From the NCBI RefSeq assembly GCF_041886205.1, contig NZ_CP169029.1: 64,000 bases of DNA, one strand, 5' to 3'. This DNA comes from Escherichia coli (GTDB lineage: Bacteria; Pseudomonadota; Gammaproteobacteria; Enterobacterales; Enterobacteriaceae). Position numbers and translations under genes: made by a program. Shown in pieces: positions 1 through 11,729 of the stretch. The notes under the pieces were generated by a model. The model was not told where the DNA came from, did not search any database, and saw only the letters and a program-made list of their open reading frames with translations. Every line of letters starts with the position of its first letter. Position 1 is the first letter of the stretch.

Positions 1-3000
1 CCACCGTCAGGCCGCACGATGCCAGCCAGCGGCGGCTTTCCTCACTCACCCGGTCAGCCAGGATTTCACTTTCCAGCCGGTCGAGCATCTGCACCAGCAC
101 CGGCGGGAACACCACACTGCCACCGTCTTCGCCGCCGGACTGCTGAAGGGTATCCGCCAGGCTGCGGCGCTGCGTTTTCGCCTGCTCACCGGTGGCGGTT
201 TCAACCCTGATGAGTGGCGTGAAGCTCCCCGGCTGATAAATCGTCTGGATGCGGGTCCTGTCGTTCTGTATCGTGGTCAGCCGGTCGCCGTCCCAGCCGT
301 ACCAGGTCACTTGCGGTTTCCGTGACAGCGACATCCAGCCCGTCAGGTCCCGTTCACGCCGCCACACCCGTTTTGCCACCCTGCGGCCCAGCGGGTCGTA
401 AAGATAGCGACTTTCGACCAGCGGCTCTGCATATTGTGTCCGCGTGTAGTGCACCAGCCGGTGCTGACTGTCGTAATGGTACCGGTGGGTGCGCTCATCA
501 TCCGTGCGGATAACCCCTTCCGGGATGAGGTCGGTTTTCTCCGTCAGCCTGCCGTGACGGTCATACCGGTAAAGATAGTGCGCGTCACGGGCGATACGGT
601 TATCCGGCCACATGCTGAGGGTGCTGTCCGGGTGCAGCTCCGGGTCGGGCAGGCGGTTACCTGCCGGGTCTGTGGCATACGGGATGCGGATATCCAGATT
701 CGCTGCGGTGGTGTGAACGCTGGTCAGCCTGCCGGTGGTGCTGTAGCTGTAACTCCGGGTCTGGCGCGGGCTGCTGATGCGGATGAGTTCGCCGTTGTCG
801 TTCCAGGTGTAATCGCGGTCATACAGCAGGCTGTTCAGGTGCTGGCTCTGTAACTGCCCGGCAGGGGTGTAAGCGGTGGTGAGTTCATTAACGGCCGAAG
901 CTGCGCAGCGTTTCCCGGTGCAGGCGGTCGCGGGTGTACTCCACCAGCGGTGTGTCGCCGAGTTTCATGCCTGCCAGGTAACCGCTGCCGTAGGTCAGCC
1001 ATTCCACGGCGGGCAGGCTGTCCGGTATACAGCGGTTCGCCAGCCCCTGCGCGTTGTACGCATGTCTGGTCTCATGCTGCCAGAGCAGTGCTTCCGTCTG
1101 CGGGTGATGCACCGTCTGACGTTCACCGGTCAGGCGGCCTTTATCATCATACCCGTAGTGCACCGTCACCCGGTGCCCTTCGCTGATATGGCTGATGTCT
1201 GTCAGCCAGCCGCGTGTCGTCATACTGCCACCGCTCTGCCGGTTTCACCCTTCACGGTGCGGTGCGTGAGGCGGTCTGCTTCGTCATAGTGCCAGTGGGT
1301 GACCAGCCCCTCATCCTCACTGCTGGATGAGTTTGCCGGTCAGGTCGTGGTGATAACGCTGTGTGCGGCCGTCAAAGCCGGTTTCCTGTATCGAGCCGGT
1401 CAAGCACATCGTAACGGAAGGTGGTGTGGCTGCCGTTTTCACTGGTCAGGCGGATGACCCGTCCGGCAGCATCGTATTCCATACTGCGCGTCAAGCCCGC
1501 CCTGCGTGGTACAGACGGCCTTTCCCGCGCGCATCGTACTGTGTCCCGTTTCTGCTGCCGTCCGGGGCAATAACGGCGGTCAGGTCACCGGCGGCGTTGT
1601 ATTCATACCGCGTTTCATGGCCCTGCGTGTCTTTCACCGAGCAGTTAACTGTCCACGGCTGTCGTATGCGCGGTACTGGCTCATGCCCTTCCTCGCGGTG
1701 CACCGCCGTCATCTGACCGAAACGGTCATGGTCATAGCGGGTCGTGGTAACCGGAACAGTCAGTGAAGGTCAGCAACTGACCGTAACGGCTCCACGTCAT
1801 GGTTTTCCGGTACTGCCCGTCGCATCCGTCCGTTGTCGCAGGGAAGCTCACTGTGCGCGGATTATCATAACGGTAGCGGGTGATATCGCCGTCAGGGGCG
1901 AGTCTCCTGAATCAGACGTCCGTATTCATCATATTCCCGGCGCATTTCCAGCCCGTCCTGGCCCGGTAGCTGACGTTAACTGGTTGTGGTCGTTATAGTG
2001 AAACGCCGATGCCCTGCCATCCGGCGTGGTGATGCGCGTGATGAGCGCCGCGACACCACATCCGGGCTGTACTCTGTCTGTCCGGCCTGCGGCATCCGTC
2101 TGTGCCTTAAGCCTGCCCACCGCATCAAACTCGACTCTGCGTGACGCTGCCGTCCGCGTGTTCCTTTTTCACCACCCGCTTCAGCCCGGCTTCGCCCTGC
2201 GTGTGCAGCACTTCACGGCGGTTCAGGCTGTCGGTGATGGTGATGCGGTCCTTCTCATACTGATAGCGTGTAGCTCCAGAGCCTGCCGGGTTGAGCTGCT
2301 TCGTCACCCGCCCGGTCACTCGTCGTACCGGTAGCGGATTTCCGGCCGGCCCGCGTAACGGTGCGCCACCATCCGGCCCCGGTGTTGCATCATCGTAAGT
2401 GAAAGCTGCGCACCTGCGTTCCGCTGCGGTCATACACCGCCGCGCAGTTCGCCGCGCTGGCCGTCCAGCGTGTAGCGCGCCAGCGGCGCGGCAGGCTGAA
2501 TTCTCCGGGTATGCCGGGTCGTGCGTCAGCCACACCGCCGACAAGACGGATGCCGTTGTCCGGGCCGTATTCGGTGTACCCGGGCAGTGTGTCGAGGAAA
2601 AGCGGACGGTTCCGAGACCGGCGGGAAGATAAAGAGTGCGCGCTGCTCGGGCTTGTCCTGCCCGCTGCGCCTGCGTGGTCAGCACCAGCCGGAAGTGACG
2701 CCCGGCACCGTCCGTCACGCCGGTGATTTCGCCGCCGAATGTCACCCGCCGGCCTCGCGGTGGAACGTCAGCGTCCGCCCGAAGCGGTCCGCCAGCCCGG
2801 TCAGCACCCGGTACGGCGGCAGCGCGCGCAGGCAGCACCTCGTCCGCTTCCGGCACCCGCTCACGACCAGCCGAGCAGCCACCACGGCCCCTGCAGCGCT
2901 GTTCGTCGCCAGATAACGATGCGGACTTAAGCGGATATCTTCCGGCAGCGCCTGCCAGAGTGCGCCTAGCCGTGTGACCGTTCATCCAGCTCCGCCACGC

Positions 3001-3441
3001 CGCCGCGCACCAGCCACAGTGACTCGCTGCGGCTGTAGCCGTCCTCGCCGGGAAACAGCGTGCTCAAAGTGACAGGCTCCTGCCGCCGTTGTCAGCTGAG
3101 TATCAGTGCGTCATCGCGCAGCTGTAAGCGGATATCCGCAGGCGCTTTCAGCCGGGGCCGAGGCTCCCCACCGGCGCGGGCGTTCTGGTCCGGTAGCTGC
3201 TGTAGGTGCGGGAGAGGATGAACGGCAGCGGGCGCGGGCAGGGCGATGTCGGTCTCGCCGGGCAGGCACCTTCGCACCGAGCAGCGGATTGACCGGATGG
3301 CCGGACGTCACCCCGCCGGACACGCCGAACAGGCCACGCCGGTGGGCGCGCCGATGCGCACCCGGCTGCCGAACCCTCGGACAATGCCGCGGCCGCCTTG
3401 CGGGTCATGTCGCCCTGACGCGCCGCCGGTTTTCCGCTCAT
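1..3441 (-). pseudogene. Rhs-family YD-repeat protein, N-terminal and core part only; C-terminal toxin domain lies beyond the window start; reading frame broken many times
   Basis: Minus-strand ORF starting at 3441 begins MSGKPAARQGDMT (typical Rhs N-terminus); downstream fragments carry YD-repeat sequence (e.g. YGYDDKGRLTGE, RYEYNAAGDLTAV, ITTPDGR); fragments lie in different frames. Confidence 0.8.
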
Positions 3442-3479
3442 GAATCAATTCCTCTTTCTGCTTATTAATAATGGCTTGT

Positions 3480-5693
3480 CTGTTACTGCACCAGTACCGT
3501 TTTAACAGGTGCACCCGACCCTAGTACTGCTCGCATATCCGGCGTATCCGGGGGGTGAATCTTTCGGCATCAGGCGTCATCCGGTGCGGGATCGTCGAGG
3601 CTGCCACAGTTCCAGTTAATCAACTGGCGCAGTCACCGTTCACCTGCTCGACTCACCCTGCCAGAGTGAATGTGCGTGCCGTTGAGAAAGATTGCTGCCG
3701 TCCTTCGTCAGCACCAGCCTTGCCTCACCACAGCAGAGCTCCAGATGCCACAGGCGAGATAAACTCGCGGTCTGCCCGTGTGTCAGTCCTTCATTCGTCT
3801 TCTACCACCGGTGAAAGGCGGCGTGATTCCCCACATTGACGTCTGTAGCCCAGCCCGACCCTGAACCAGTGATCCGAAGCAGCCCTGCCTGTGAGGACTG
3901 CAACAGACGCCACCGAGGTGTGGTCGTAATGCCGCCTACCGTCGTCTGGTACGCCCACCGTCAGCGCACGAACGAGTCGCCACCGTTTCCACTCTGAACA
4001 GAACCCACGTTGATGATCTGGTTACCGCCCACCGTCTCCACACTGGTTCATCCCCCACTCGTCTGTATCTGATTAACGCCAATGTTCTGGATCTGGTTAT
4101 TGGTACCGGCGATCGCCTGGTTGTTGCCAATGGTCTCGGCATGGTTGTTTATCACATCCGTGGTGCGGTTATTCAGCACCTCAGGTGTTCATCTGTCTTC
4201 TGCGCGTGGATGTAGACCTGTTCTTTCCCTGTCGCATCGTCAAACTTCAGTTCATTAAACCCGCTGCCCGTATACGTTTTCGAGCGGATGGTCATCTGCG
4301 TCTTCGTTCCGGCAGGCTGCCGGGTGTGCGGTTTTCCTGGTGGTAGGTACGCCCCATAATGATCGGCTGGTCCGGATCGCCGTTGAGGAAGTCCACAATC
4401 ACCTCCTGACCCACACGCGGTATCGCCAGGTGGCCAAAACCGGTGCCTGCCCACGCCTGTGCCACACGGATCCAGCACGAACTGTCTTGGTCTGCCGGGT
4501 TATAACGGTCCCAGTTGAACTTCACCCGCACGCGACCATGTTCGTCGCAGAAGATTTCCTCGCCTGCCGGTCCTGTCACGACAGCGCTCTGCGGGCCGTC
4601 AACCAGCGGTTTCAGCAACGGCTGTGGTCGCCATGTTCTGTCTGCCGGGATCACCGCAAAATGGTTATCCAGCGCCGTCCCCGCTCCCTGCCGTCCTGGC
4701 ACCGCCTGTGGCTGTTCGCCGTGCAGTTCACTTGCCACCACCTGCCATTCCCGGTTCAGGTTCGCCTGCGGATGCCCCGTCAGCACAATTCGCCGTCCCG
4801 GCCATATCTCCGGCGAGCGGCTTGTTCCCCGCGCGGTTTCTGCGTTGTTGCGCCAGCCGTCCATCTGCCAGCGGGCAAAGTTCTGCCCGTGGGCACTCTC
4901 GAAACGTCCGGGGTAGTCATACACTTCATACTGCGTGCGCTGGTAGTCCTGGTGCTGGCCTTCCTGTTCAAAACGTCCGGCCCAGCCGGGTCGCTTAAAG
5001 GTGTAGTCTTTGTGTTCACCACGGAAGAAGGGCGGATTTGTGCGCTGTAGCGGAACTGGCTGATGCAGAGGGTGCTCACCTCGGTACGGGTGTTCGGATT
5101 CCAGGGATTTCAAAAGATTCGGGCAGATAACGCGACTGTGTCGCACAGCACCAGGCTCTGGTCGGTACTTTTGTAAGCATGCTCCTCATAAAAGAAGATG
5201 CCTTCCTCCGCCGCCATCCGGCACAGGAAATCGTAATCAGTCTCACCGTACTGGACACAAAACTCACGGGAAGGATGCGGCTCGCTGAACAGCGGACTCC
5301 ATTCGGTCACCCCGTTTTCCTGCAACATCGTGCCGAGGATGCTTTCGATGTCCTCGTTCTGGAAGATACGGAAGTTCTGGCGCAGACCGGCACGCCACAG
5401 CGGCGGGTGCACCTTCATGCTGTACAGCATCTGGTTTTTGTCGTTCTCCCCCAGTTCAAACCAGGTCACCACACCTTCACCCGGCGCTGTACGTCATCGC
5501 CCTGCCATACCGTCAGGTAGGCCATTTTGTCCAGCACCTGCGCAAATTCAAGGGAGAGAAACTGCTGGCTGACCAGAGAGAGATCGAGGGAAAAAAGCGA
5601 AGAGAGTGACTGGTTCAGATGAAAGGAAACCACCGCAAACGCATCCGGTGGCAGGCCGTCCACTTCCAGTGTGAAACGTAATCCGGTTGACAT
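3480..5693 (-). pseudogene. vgrG: VgrG spike protein (TssI), frameshifted; 3' end approximate
   Basis: Fragments at 5466-5693, 5110-5472, 4292-5146 and 4173-4478 (minus) read MSTGLRFTLEVDGLPPDAF..., ...GRTYHQENRTPGS..., MTIRSKTYTGSGFNELKFDDATGKEQVYIHAQK, matching VgrG gp27/gp5 modules; frames differ between fragments. Confidence 0.8.
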
Positions 5694-5850
5694 AGCAACC
5701 TCTGGGGTTAGGAAAAACAGACAGTTCGCTGTTAAAGCGGCTGTGACAGTACAGTGTTACGCTTGCGTTCAGGCACGCTACCGCCGAGTTTTCCGGCAGT
5801 CGCCATCTCCCTTGCTAGTACCCTAACTGACAACCTTTTTTTTATGGTGT

Positions 5851-5890
5851 AATACAAAAACAGCATCCGGCCTGATAGCCGGATGCTGTT
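5851..5890 (-). terminator. Rho-independent terminator immediately downstream of hcp, upstream of vgrG
   Basis: Inverted repeat cagcatccggc / gccggatgctg (5861-5888) with 6 nt loop, followed on the minus strand by a T-run (A-run 5851-5860 on plus). Confidence 0.55.
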
Positions 5891-5898
5891 GGCTTAAC

Positions 5899-6425
5899 TT
5901 ATGCTTCCAGCGGTGCGCGCCAGTCGTCGGCACCGGAGGTGCCAGATTTGACGTGTTCCCATTCAATTTTCGCGGTAGGCCAGTGAAACTTCGAGCAACT
6001 GGGTGAACTCGCGTTTCGCCGGGTCCTGGCAATGCGGCATATGCAGTTCTCATATCGCCAATCGTCGAATCAGTCAGGCGGGGAGCGAGATAGTGCTCCT
6101 GTTTGCCTTCCACAGAGGTACGCCACCAGTGAAGTTCAGCGGTTGGGCAGCATTTCGCCGGAGGCCAGTGCGTTGTACATCAGCGGAACCGCTTTGTTCA
6201 GCGCCACGGTAAAAATGAAAGGCTTGTGAGCGCACGCTGACCCGCAGGCTGACCGGACTGAGGATCGGTCCGCACAGATAACGTTATGCAGGAATTCCTG
6301 CACCAGCATCTCCGTCTTCGTGCCCCTGCACATAGATGTTGCCGACAGAATCAGCGGTAAATGCACCTGCAGTAATATTTCCCTGGGTCTGACCAGTGAT
6401 GGAAGATATAACACGGTGTTGGCAT
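5899..6425 (-). pseudogene. hcp: Hcp (TssD) tube protein, frameshifted
   Basis: Minus-strand translation from 6425 begins MPTPCY... and ends ...PLEA*; internal fragments ...EMLVQEFLHNV...HKPFIFTVALNKAVPLMYNALASGEML and VEGKQEHY...LTDSTIGDMRT match the Hcp family; length 527 nt is not a multiple of 3. Confidence 0.8.
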
Positions 6426-7134
6426 TTGTAAACTCCTTGTTAACGTGGTTAATTACTACTTACAATGACCTGCCGTTAATCCCAGACAGGCAGATGCAGC
6501 TCACTTCACGGAACCGCATCATTTTTCAGTATTTTTTACATACAAACCGAGCTAGAATTTACGGTTGTCGTAAAAACTATTTTTAAAATCATTACATAAC
6601 TCTCATTCAGCAAATAACTTAATAATATATATCTGGATAGCCATACCCAACTGTTCAAAGTCCGTATTGCCTCCATAAAATGGCCAACAGCGCGAACCAA
6701 CTGAAAATAAATATTGTATTTATCCTTTCTGAATTATCATTTTGATAATTTTTGAAGATATTCCTTAAAAATACCCACTTAATCAATCACAGTAAACACA
6801 TGTATAAATAAGCAATCATTAGATTAGCTCATGTTTAATGAAATTATTATATACTTCAATAAGTTACATAAAAAATCTATATTTAAATTATTGCCATAAT
6901 ACACCTGACGCGAATTGCACAGGTTCACACAATCTATTTAACGCTTGCAGAATACCCCTCTTTACCATCGATAAAAAGTCCTTTTCTTATTTATTTTGAA
7001 GCGTAAAATGCGGGGTGATGAAGGAGCTGGTGATTTTATTTTCACCGCCATTAGGGCGGCATTGCCGATATTTTTTTGCGGTACAAATATGCCGTGTTCA
7101 TGGCCTGTACGAGATAACATGACGGATTACTTTT
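6426..7134. promoter_or_regulatory. AT-rich divergent intergenic region between hcp-vgrG-rhs (minus) and tssB operon (plus); presumed promoters
   Basis: ~700 bp non-coding, visibly AT-rich compared with flanking genes; sits between divergently oriented T6SS genes; no specific promoter elements verified. Confidence 0.35.
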
Positions 7135-7646
7135 ATGAGCAAAAAATTTGAAGGCAGCGTCGCGCCTCGCGAGCGTATTAACATATCGTATGTCCCAAAA
7201 ACAGATGGCCAGACGGCTGAAGCGGAACTTCCGCTTAACATGCTCGTTGTCGGCGATACCGGAAATACGCAGGAAAACATCCCCACTGGATGAACGTCAG
7301 GCAGTTTCCGTTAACAAGCACAATTTCGGTGCAGTGATGGCTGAAGCAGCCATTGGCCTCAATTTTACTGTCCCCGCCACGCCTGAAGGGAAGCACAACA
7401 GACGATGAACTGAATGTGGCGCTGAATATCAAATCACTGGAAGCTGACTCTTTCACCAGATAGCGTGGCCCGGCAGGTTCCGGGAAGCGAGTAGTAATCG
7501 CTGGAACTGCGTGAAGCACTGACTGCACTGAAGGGGCTCGGCTGGGTAAACCTTCCGGCATTCCGTACCCAGCTCCAGGCATTGCTGGAAAATGAAGAGT
7601 CCCGCGAGCAGTTGCTCAAAGAAATCGGTCTGGTGAGCAATAAATA
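7135..7646 (+). pseudogene. tssB: TssB (VipA) small sheath subunit, frameshifted
   Basis: Translation from ATG 7135: MSKKFEGSVAPRERINISYVPKTDGQTAEAELPLNMLVVGDTGNTQENIP then stop; continues in another frame as LDERQAVSVNKHNFGAVMAEAAIGLNF; TssB-family N-terminal signature. Confidence 0.75.
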
Positions 7647-7958
7647 ACCACCACGATTCCATTAAACAGGGTTATCCAGGACATGACGGCACACAAAAAT
7701 ATCTCCGGGACATACCACCTCTCTGTTGCAGACATTCTGCAGGTGCTTTACCAGGTATGTTTCAGCCCGTCCGTTGAAATCAACCAGGACTGGTGTGGCT
7801 GCGCTGATTACAACACTGGATCGCCGTATCAGTGATCTATTGGATGAGATTATCCATTTTTGTGAGTTTCAGCAGAGCGCGTCGCACTGGCAGCGCGTAC
7901 TTCACTGATGGCGAAAGGCCGGTTCCAGAAACACAGCTAAAACAGAAGGATTTTCAGT

Positions 7959-9461
7959 ATGTCTTTACAGGAAGAGGAACTCTGTTCCCAGTCATGCCGG
8001 GCAGCCTGGAGCAGGCATCGTCGCTGCTTGATCAAATCATGGCACAGACCCGTATTCAGGCCCGGTTCGGAAGGTTATGACGTTGCCCGCCAGGGTGTGA
8101 CAGCCTTTATTGCCAGCATCCTGCAATCCACTGCATCTGCCGAACCGGTCAATAAACTGGCCGTGGACAGCATGATTGCAGATATTGATGAACGCATCAG
8201 CCGCCAGATGGATGTCATCATCCAGGGCGCGCCTGCCTTTCAGCAGGTCGAATCGTTCTGGCGCTCACTGAAAACCATGGTGGATCGCGTTGATTTCCGT
8301 GAAAACATCAAGGTCAACGTGCTTCATGTCACCAAAGCAGGGAACTTCTGGAAGACTTTGAGTTTGCGCCAGAAATTATTCAGTCCGGATTTGATCAAGC
8401 ACGTTTATTCGTCCGGATTCGGACAGTTTGGCGGTGAACCCATCGCTGCCGTGCTGGGCGCTTATGAGTTCAAAAATACCGCGCCTGACATGAGACTGTC
8501 GGCAAGACGCCAGTGCCGTGGGCGCAACGGCGCACGCACCGTTCCTGTCCTCCGTTTCCCCGGCGGAGTTTATGGGGCTGAACTCGTGGACCGAACTGCC
8601 TAATATCAAAGATCTTTATGCCATCTTTGAAGGTCCGGCCTACACCAAATGGCGCGCCCTGGCGTGACTCGGAAGATTCGCGCTGGATTCAGGGCTTACG
8701 GCACCCCGTTCTTCCTGCTTCGCCAGCCCTGGTCACCAGCAGATAACCCTGTTAAGAAGCTTTAACTATCACGAAGATGTCAGCCAGAACCACGAAGATT
8801 ATCTGTGGGGTAATACGGCCTGGATGCTGGCATGCAATATCGCAGACAGTTTTGCCGAATACCGCTGGTGTCCAAACATTATCGGCCCGCAAAGCGGCGG
8901 CGCGGTGAAAGATCTGCCGGTGCATCTGTTCGAAACGATGGGGCAGATTCAGGCCAAAATCCCAACCGAGGTGCTGGTCACCGATCGCCGCGAATTTGAA
9001 CTGGCTGAAGAGGGTTTTATCACCCTGACCATGCGTAAAGACTCTGATAATGCAGCCTTTTTCTCTGCAAACTCGGTACAAAAACCTGAAGCACTTTCCG
9101 GGAAAAGATGCAGAAACCAACTATAAGCTGGGTCTGCAGTCTCCCTGATCTCTTCATCATCAACCGGTTAGCGCACTACATCAAGGTGTTGCAGCGTGAA
9201 CATACTGGGGTCATGGAAAGAAAGGAGCGACTTAGAGAGGGCAGCTCAGACACCCTGGATCCGTCAGTATGTTGCCGACCAGGAAAACCCGCCGGACGGA
9301 CGTGCGCAGCCCGCAAACCTCTGCGCGCAGCCAGAGTTGAGGTTATGGATGTGGAAGGCGAACCCGGCTGGTACCAGGTTGCGCTAAGCGTGAGGCCTCA
9401 TTTTAAATTTATGGGGGCAAATTTTGAGCTTTCCCTGGTCGGCCGGTTAGACAGGGAGTAA
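7959..9461 (+). pseudogene. tssC: TssC (VipB) large sheath subunit, several frameshifts
   Basis: Fragments SLLDQIMAQTRIQ, EGYDVARQGVTAFIASIL, PVNKLAVDSMIADIDERISRQMDVIIQGAPAFQQVESFWRSLK and C-terminal ARVEVMDVEGEPGWYQVALSVRPHFKFMGANFELSLVGRLDRE match TssC; pieces are in three frames. Confidence 0.8.
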
Positions 9462-9466
9462 CACAC

Positions 9467-9893
9467 CATGAGAGTACCGGATCGGGAAAAGAACCACAGG
9501 TTCTCTTTTTTGAGCGTATGGAAGCCTCTTCGGCCAGAAACCGGGCAGGGAGGCAGTATTCATTCGCTCAGGCAATCCATTCGCCAGAACCTGACGAAAC
9601 ATTCTGAGTACCCGGTCCGGTAGTTGCCGGGGTGCGCCTGAGCTGGGCATTGATGAACCGGAAGGGGCTGAAAACTTCCGCGAATCCATGAGTCGGGCCA
9701 TCGAGCAATGTATAGAACGCTATGAACCCCGGATCTCACACGCTGAAGTGCAGGCAGTGGTTTCATCCGCCTCCAGCCCGCTGGATACGGCTGCTTCATA
9801 TTACAGCCTGGGTGACATTTCAGTCTGAAACGCATGAGGTGCTTGAATTTGATATGGCACCGAATGCAGCCAGCATTACCGGGTGGACTGACA
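9467..9893 (+). pseudogene. tssE: TssE baseplate (gp25-like) protein, frameshifted; assignment from position and size
   Basis: ~140-codon gene slot between tssC and tssF starting ATG 9467 (MRVPDREKNHRFSFLSVWKPL...); frame is interrupted; identity based mainly on synteny. Confidence 0.45.
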
Positions 9894-9894
9894 A

Positions 9895-11701
9895 ATGGAA
9901 TTTGAAGAACGCTATTTCCGGGAAGAACTCGATTACCTGCGCCAGCTGAGCAAGCTGCTCGGCAATGGATCTATCTGGCCCGCTTCCTGGCCGAAAAAGA
10001 TGCGGATCCGGATATCCAGAACGCCTGCTGGAAGGGGTGGGGCGTCTTTCTTAACCGGCAATCTCCGCCAGAAAATTGAGGATGAATTCCCAGAACTGAC
10101 GCACGGGCTCAATCAAAGATGCTATGGCCTGATCACCTGCGTCCGGTTCCTGGCAATGACCCTTGATCTATATACGCCGGATATGGATAAGTCTTCTGTA
10201 CCGGTGTTAATCCCCTCGTAGACTCAGCAGTTGAACATACCAACGCCGGGGAAATCAGAGTTGATGAAGTGCTGCCCTCTGATGCTAAAAAGGAGGAGCC
10301 GCCTCCCCTGTACCTTCAGCCCTCTGCCGGGATATCAGGCTGCTGGCCCGTTCGCCTGGAGCAGATTGACTGCAGTACGACCCGTAATGGTGTTATCATA
10401 CATCACCCTTTCGGTTCGCACCGGAAACGGACTTCCGCACGCTGGATCTGAACAAACTTCGCTTCTGCCGCTCGGCAATGACGACAACTATACCCGTGAC
10501 CAGCTTTATTTATGGTTCTGCGAATACTTGCAGGGTGCCGACCTGACTGTGGGTGAACAGCATATTCGCCTGCCTGAGTTTATGCTAAAAGCTGTCGGTT
10601 TTGAGCCGCAGGACGCCATGCTGGCCCTGGCCTGAAAAACGTCCACAGCGGCTACCGGATCCTTCAGGAGTATTTCCGTTACCCCGATGCGTTTCTCTTT
10701 TTTGATCTTTGTGGTTGTCCGGCTTTGCCTGACGGATTGCAGGCGGAATTCTTTACCCTGCAACTGCGTTTTTCGCGCCCTTTGCCCGTGGACATCCGGC
10801 TGCGCCGCGATTCCCTGCGCCTGTATCGCGCACCTGCCATTAATTTATTTATCCACCATGCAGAAGCCATCACGCTGGACAAACCGGCGGGCAAGACTAT
10901 CCGCTGGTTCCCAGCCGCCATTACCCACAACATTACGATGTATTTTCCGTTAACAGTGTGGTGAGCCAGGTCCAGGATATGTTCAGGAAAAAAGATCTGG
11001 GGCGTCCTGTTTCGACGCAGGCCGCGCGCCAGTGGCCAGCCTTTGAAAGTTTCAGCCATCAGATGGAATACAGCCGGAAGCGGGAAGTGGTGTACTGGCA
11101 ATCACCGGACCAAAACATCCCTGTTCCATCGCGGCTTTGATCATACCCTTGCCTTTATACATGCTGATGGCAGTTATCCGTCAGACGAATCTTCTCGCTC
11201 GAGTAAATGAAGTGGTTTCGGTATCGCTGACCTGTACCAACCGTGAGCTTCCGTCACAAATACGTTCCGGGCGATATCACCGGCACAACCGGTAAAAATG
11301 CGGCTGTTGCTTCATTTCGCAACATTACCCGCCCGACGCAACCACTCTGGCCGGTCATTGACTGGCAGCCTGCACTGGTCCCTGCTCTCCGCCATGAACC
11401 TGAATTATCTGTCATTACTGGATACGGACGCGCTGAAGCAGCTCATCGCCAGTCTTTGATCGCCACGCAATCCATCATCCGCAGACGGCACGGCTGTCAC
11501 AACAAAAGCTGGATGCCATTGAGCGTCTGGAGACCCGCCCCGTTGATCGCCTGTTTACGGGTATTCCCGTCCGGGGACTTGGCCTCCACGCTGTATCTGC
11601 ACCCGGAGCCGTTTGTCTGTGAAGGGAAATGTATCTGCTCGGTACGGTGCTTTCGCATTTTCTGTCGCTGTACGCCAGCGTTAACTCATTCCACATGCTG
11701 A
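9895..11701 (+). pseudogene. tssF: TssF baseplate protein, several frameshifts
   Basis: N-terminus MEFEERYFREELDYLRQL is the conserved TssF start; ~600-codon span fits TssF; ORF pieces at 9895-10221, 10231-10635, 10725-10964, 11243-11701 in different frames. Confidence 0.7.
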
Positions 11702-11729
11702 CCGTTGTGAACACAGAAAGCCAGGAGAC

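Noticed and set aside
4340-5050. 236 aa plus-strand ORF
   Set aside because: Lies antisense within vgrG; no independent start context or recognisable motif; typical spurious antisense ORF
7683-7910. Possible PAAR or other small T6SS gene between tssB and tssC
   Set aside because: No PAAR repeats or other recognisable motif; frame is unstable; kept only as an unresolved region in findings
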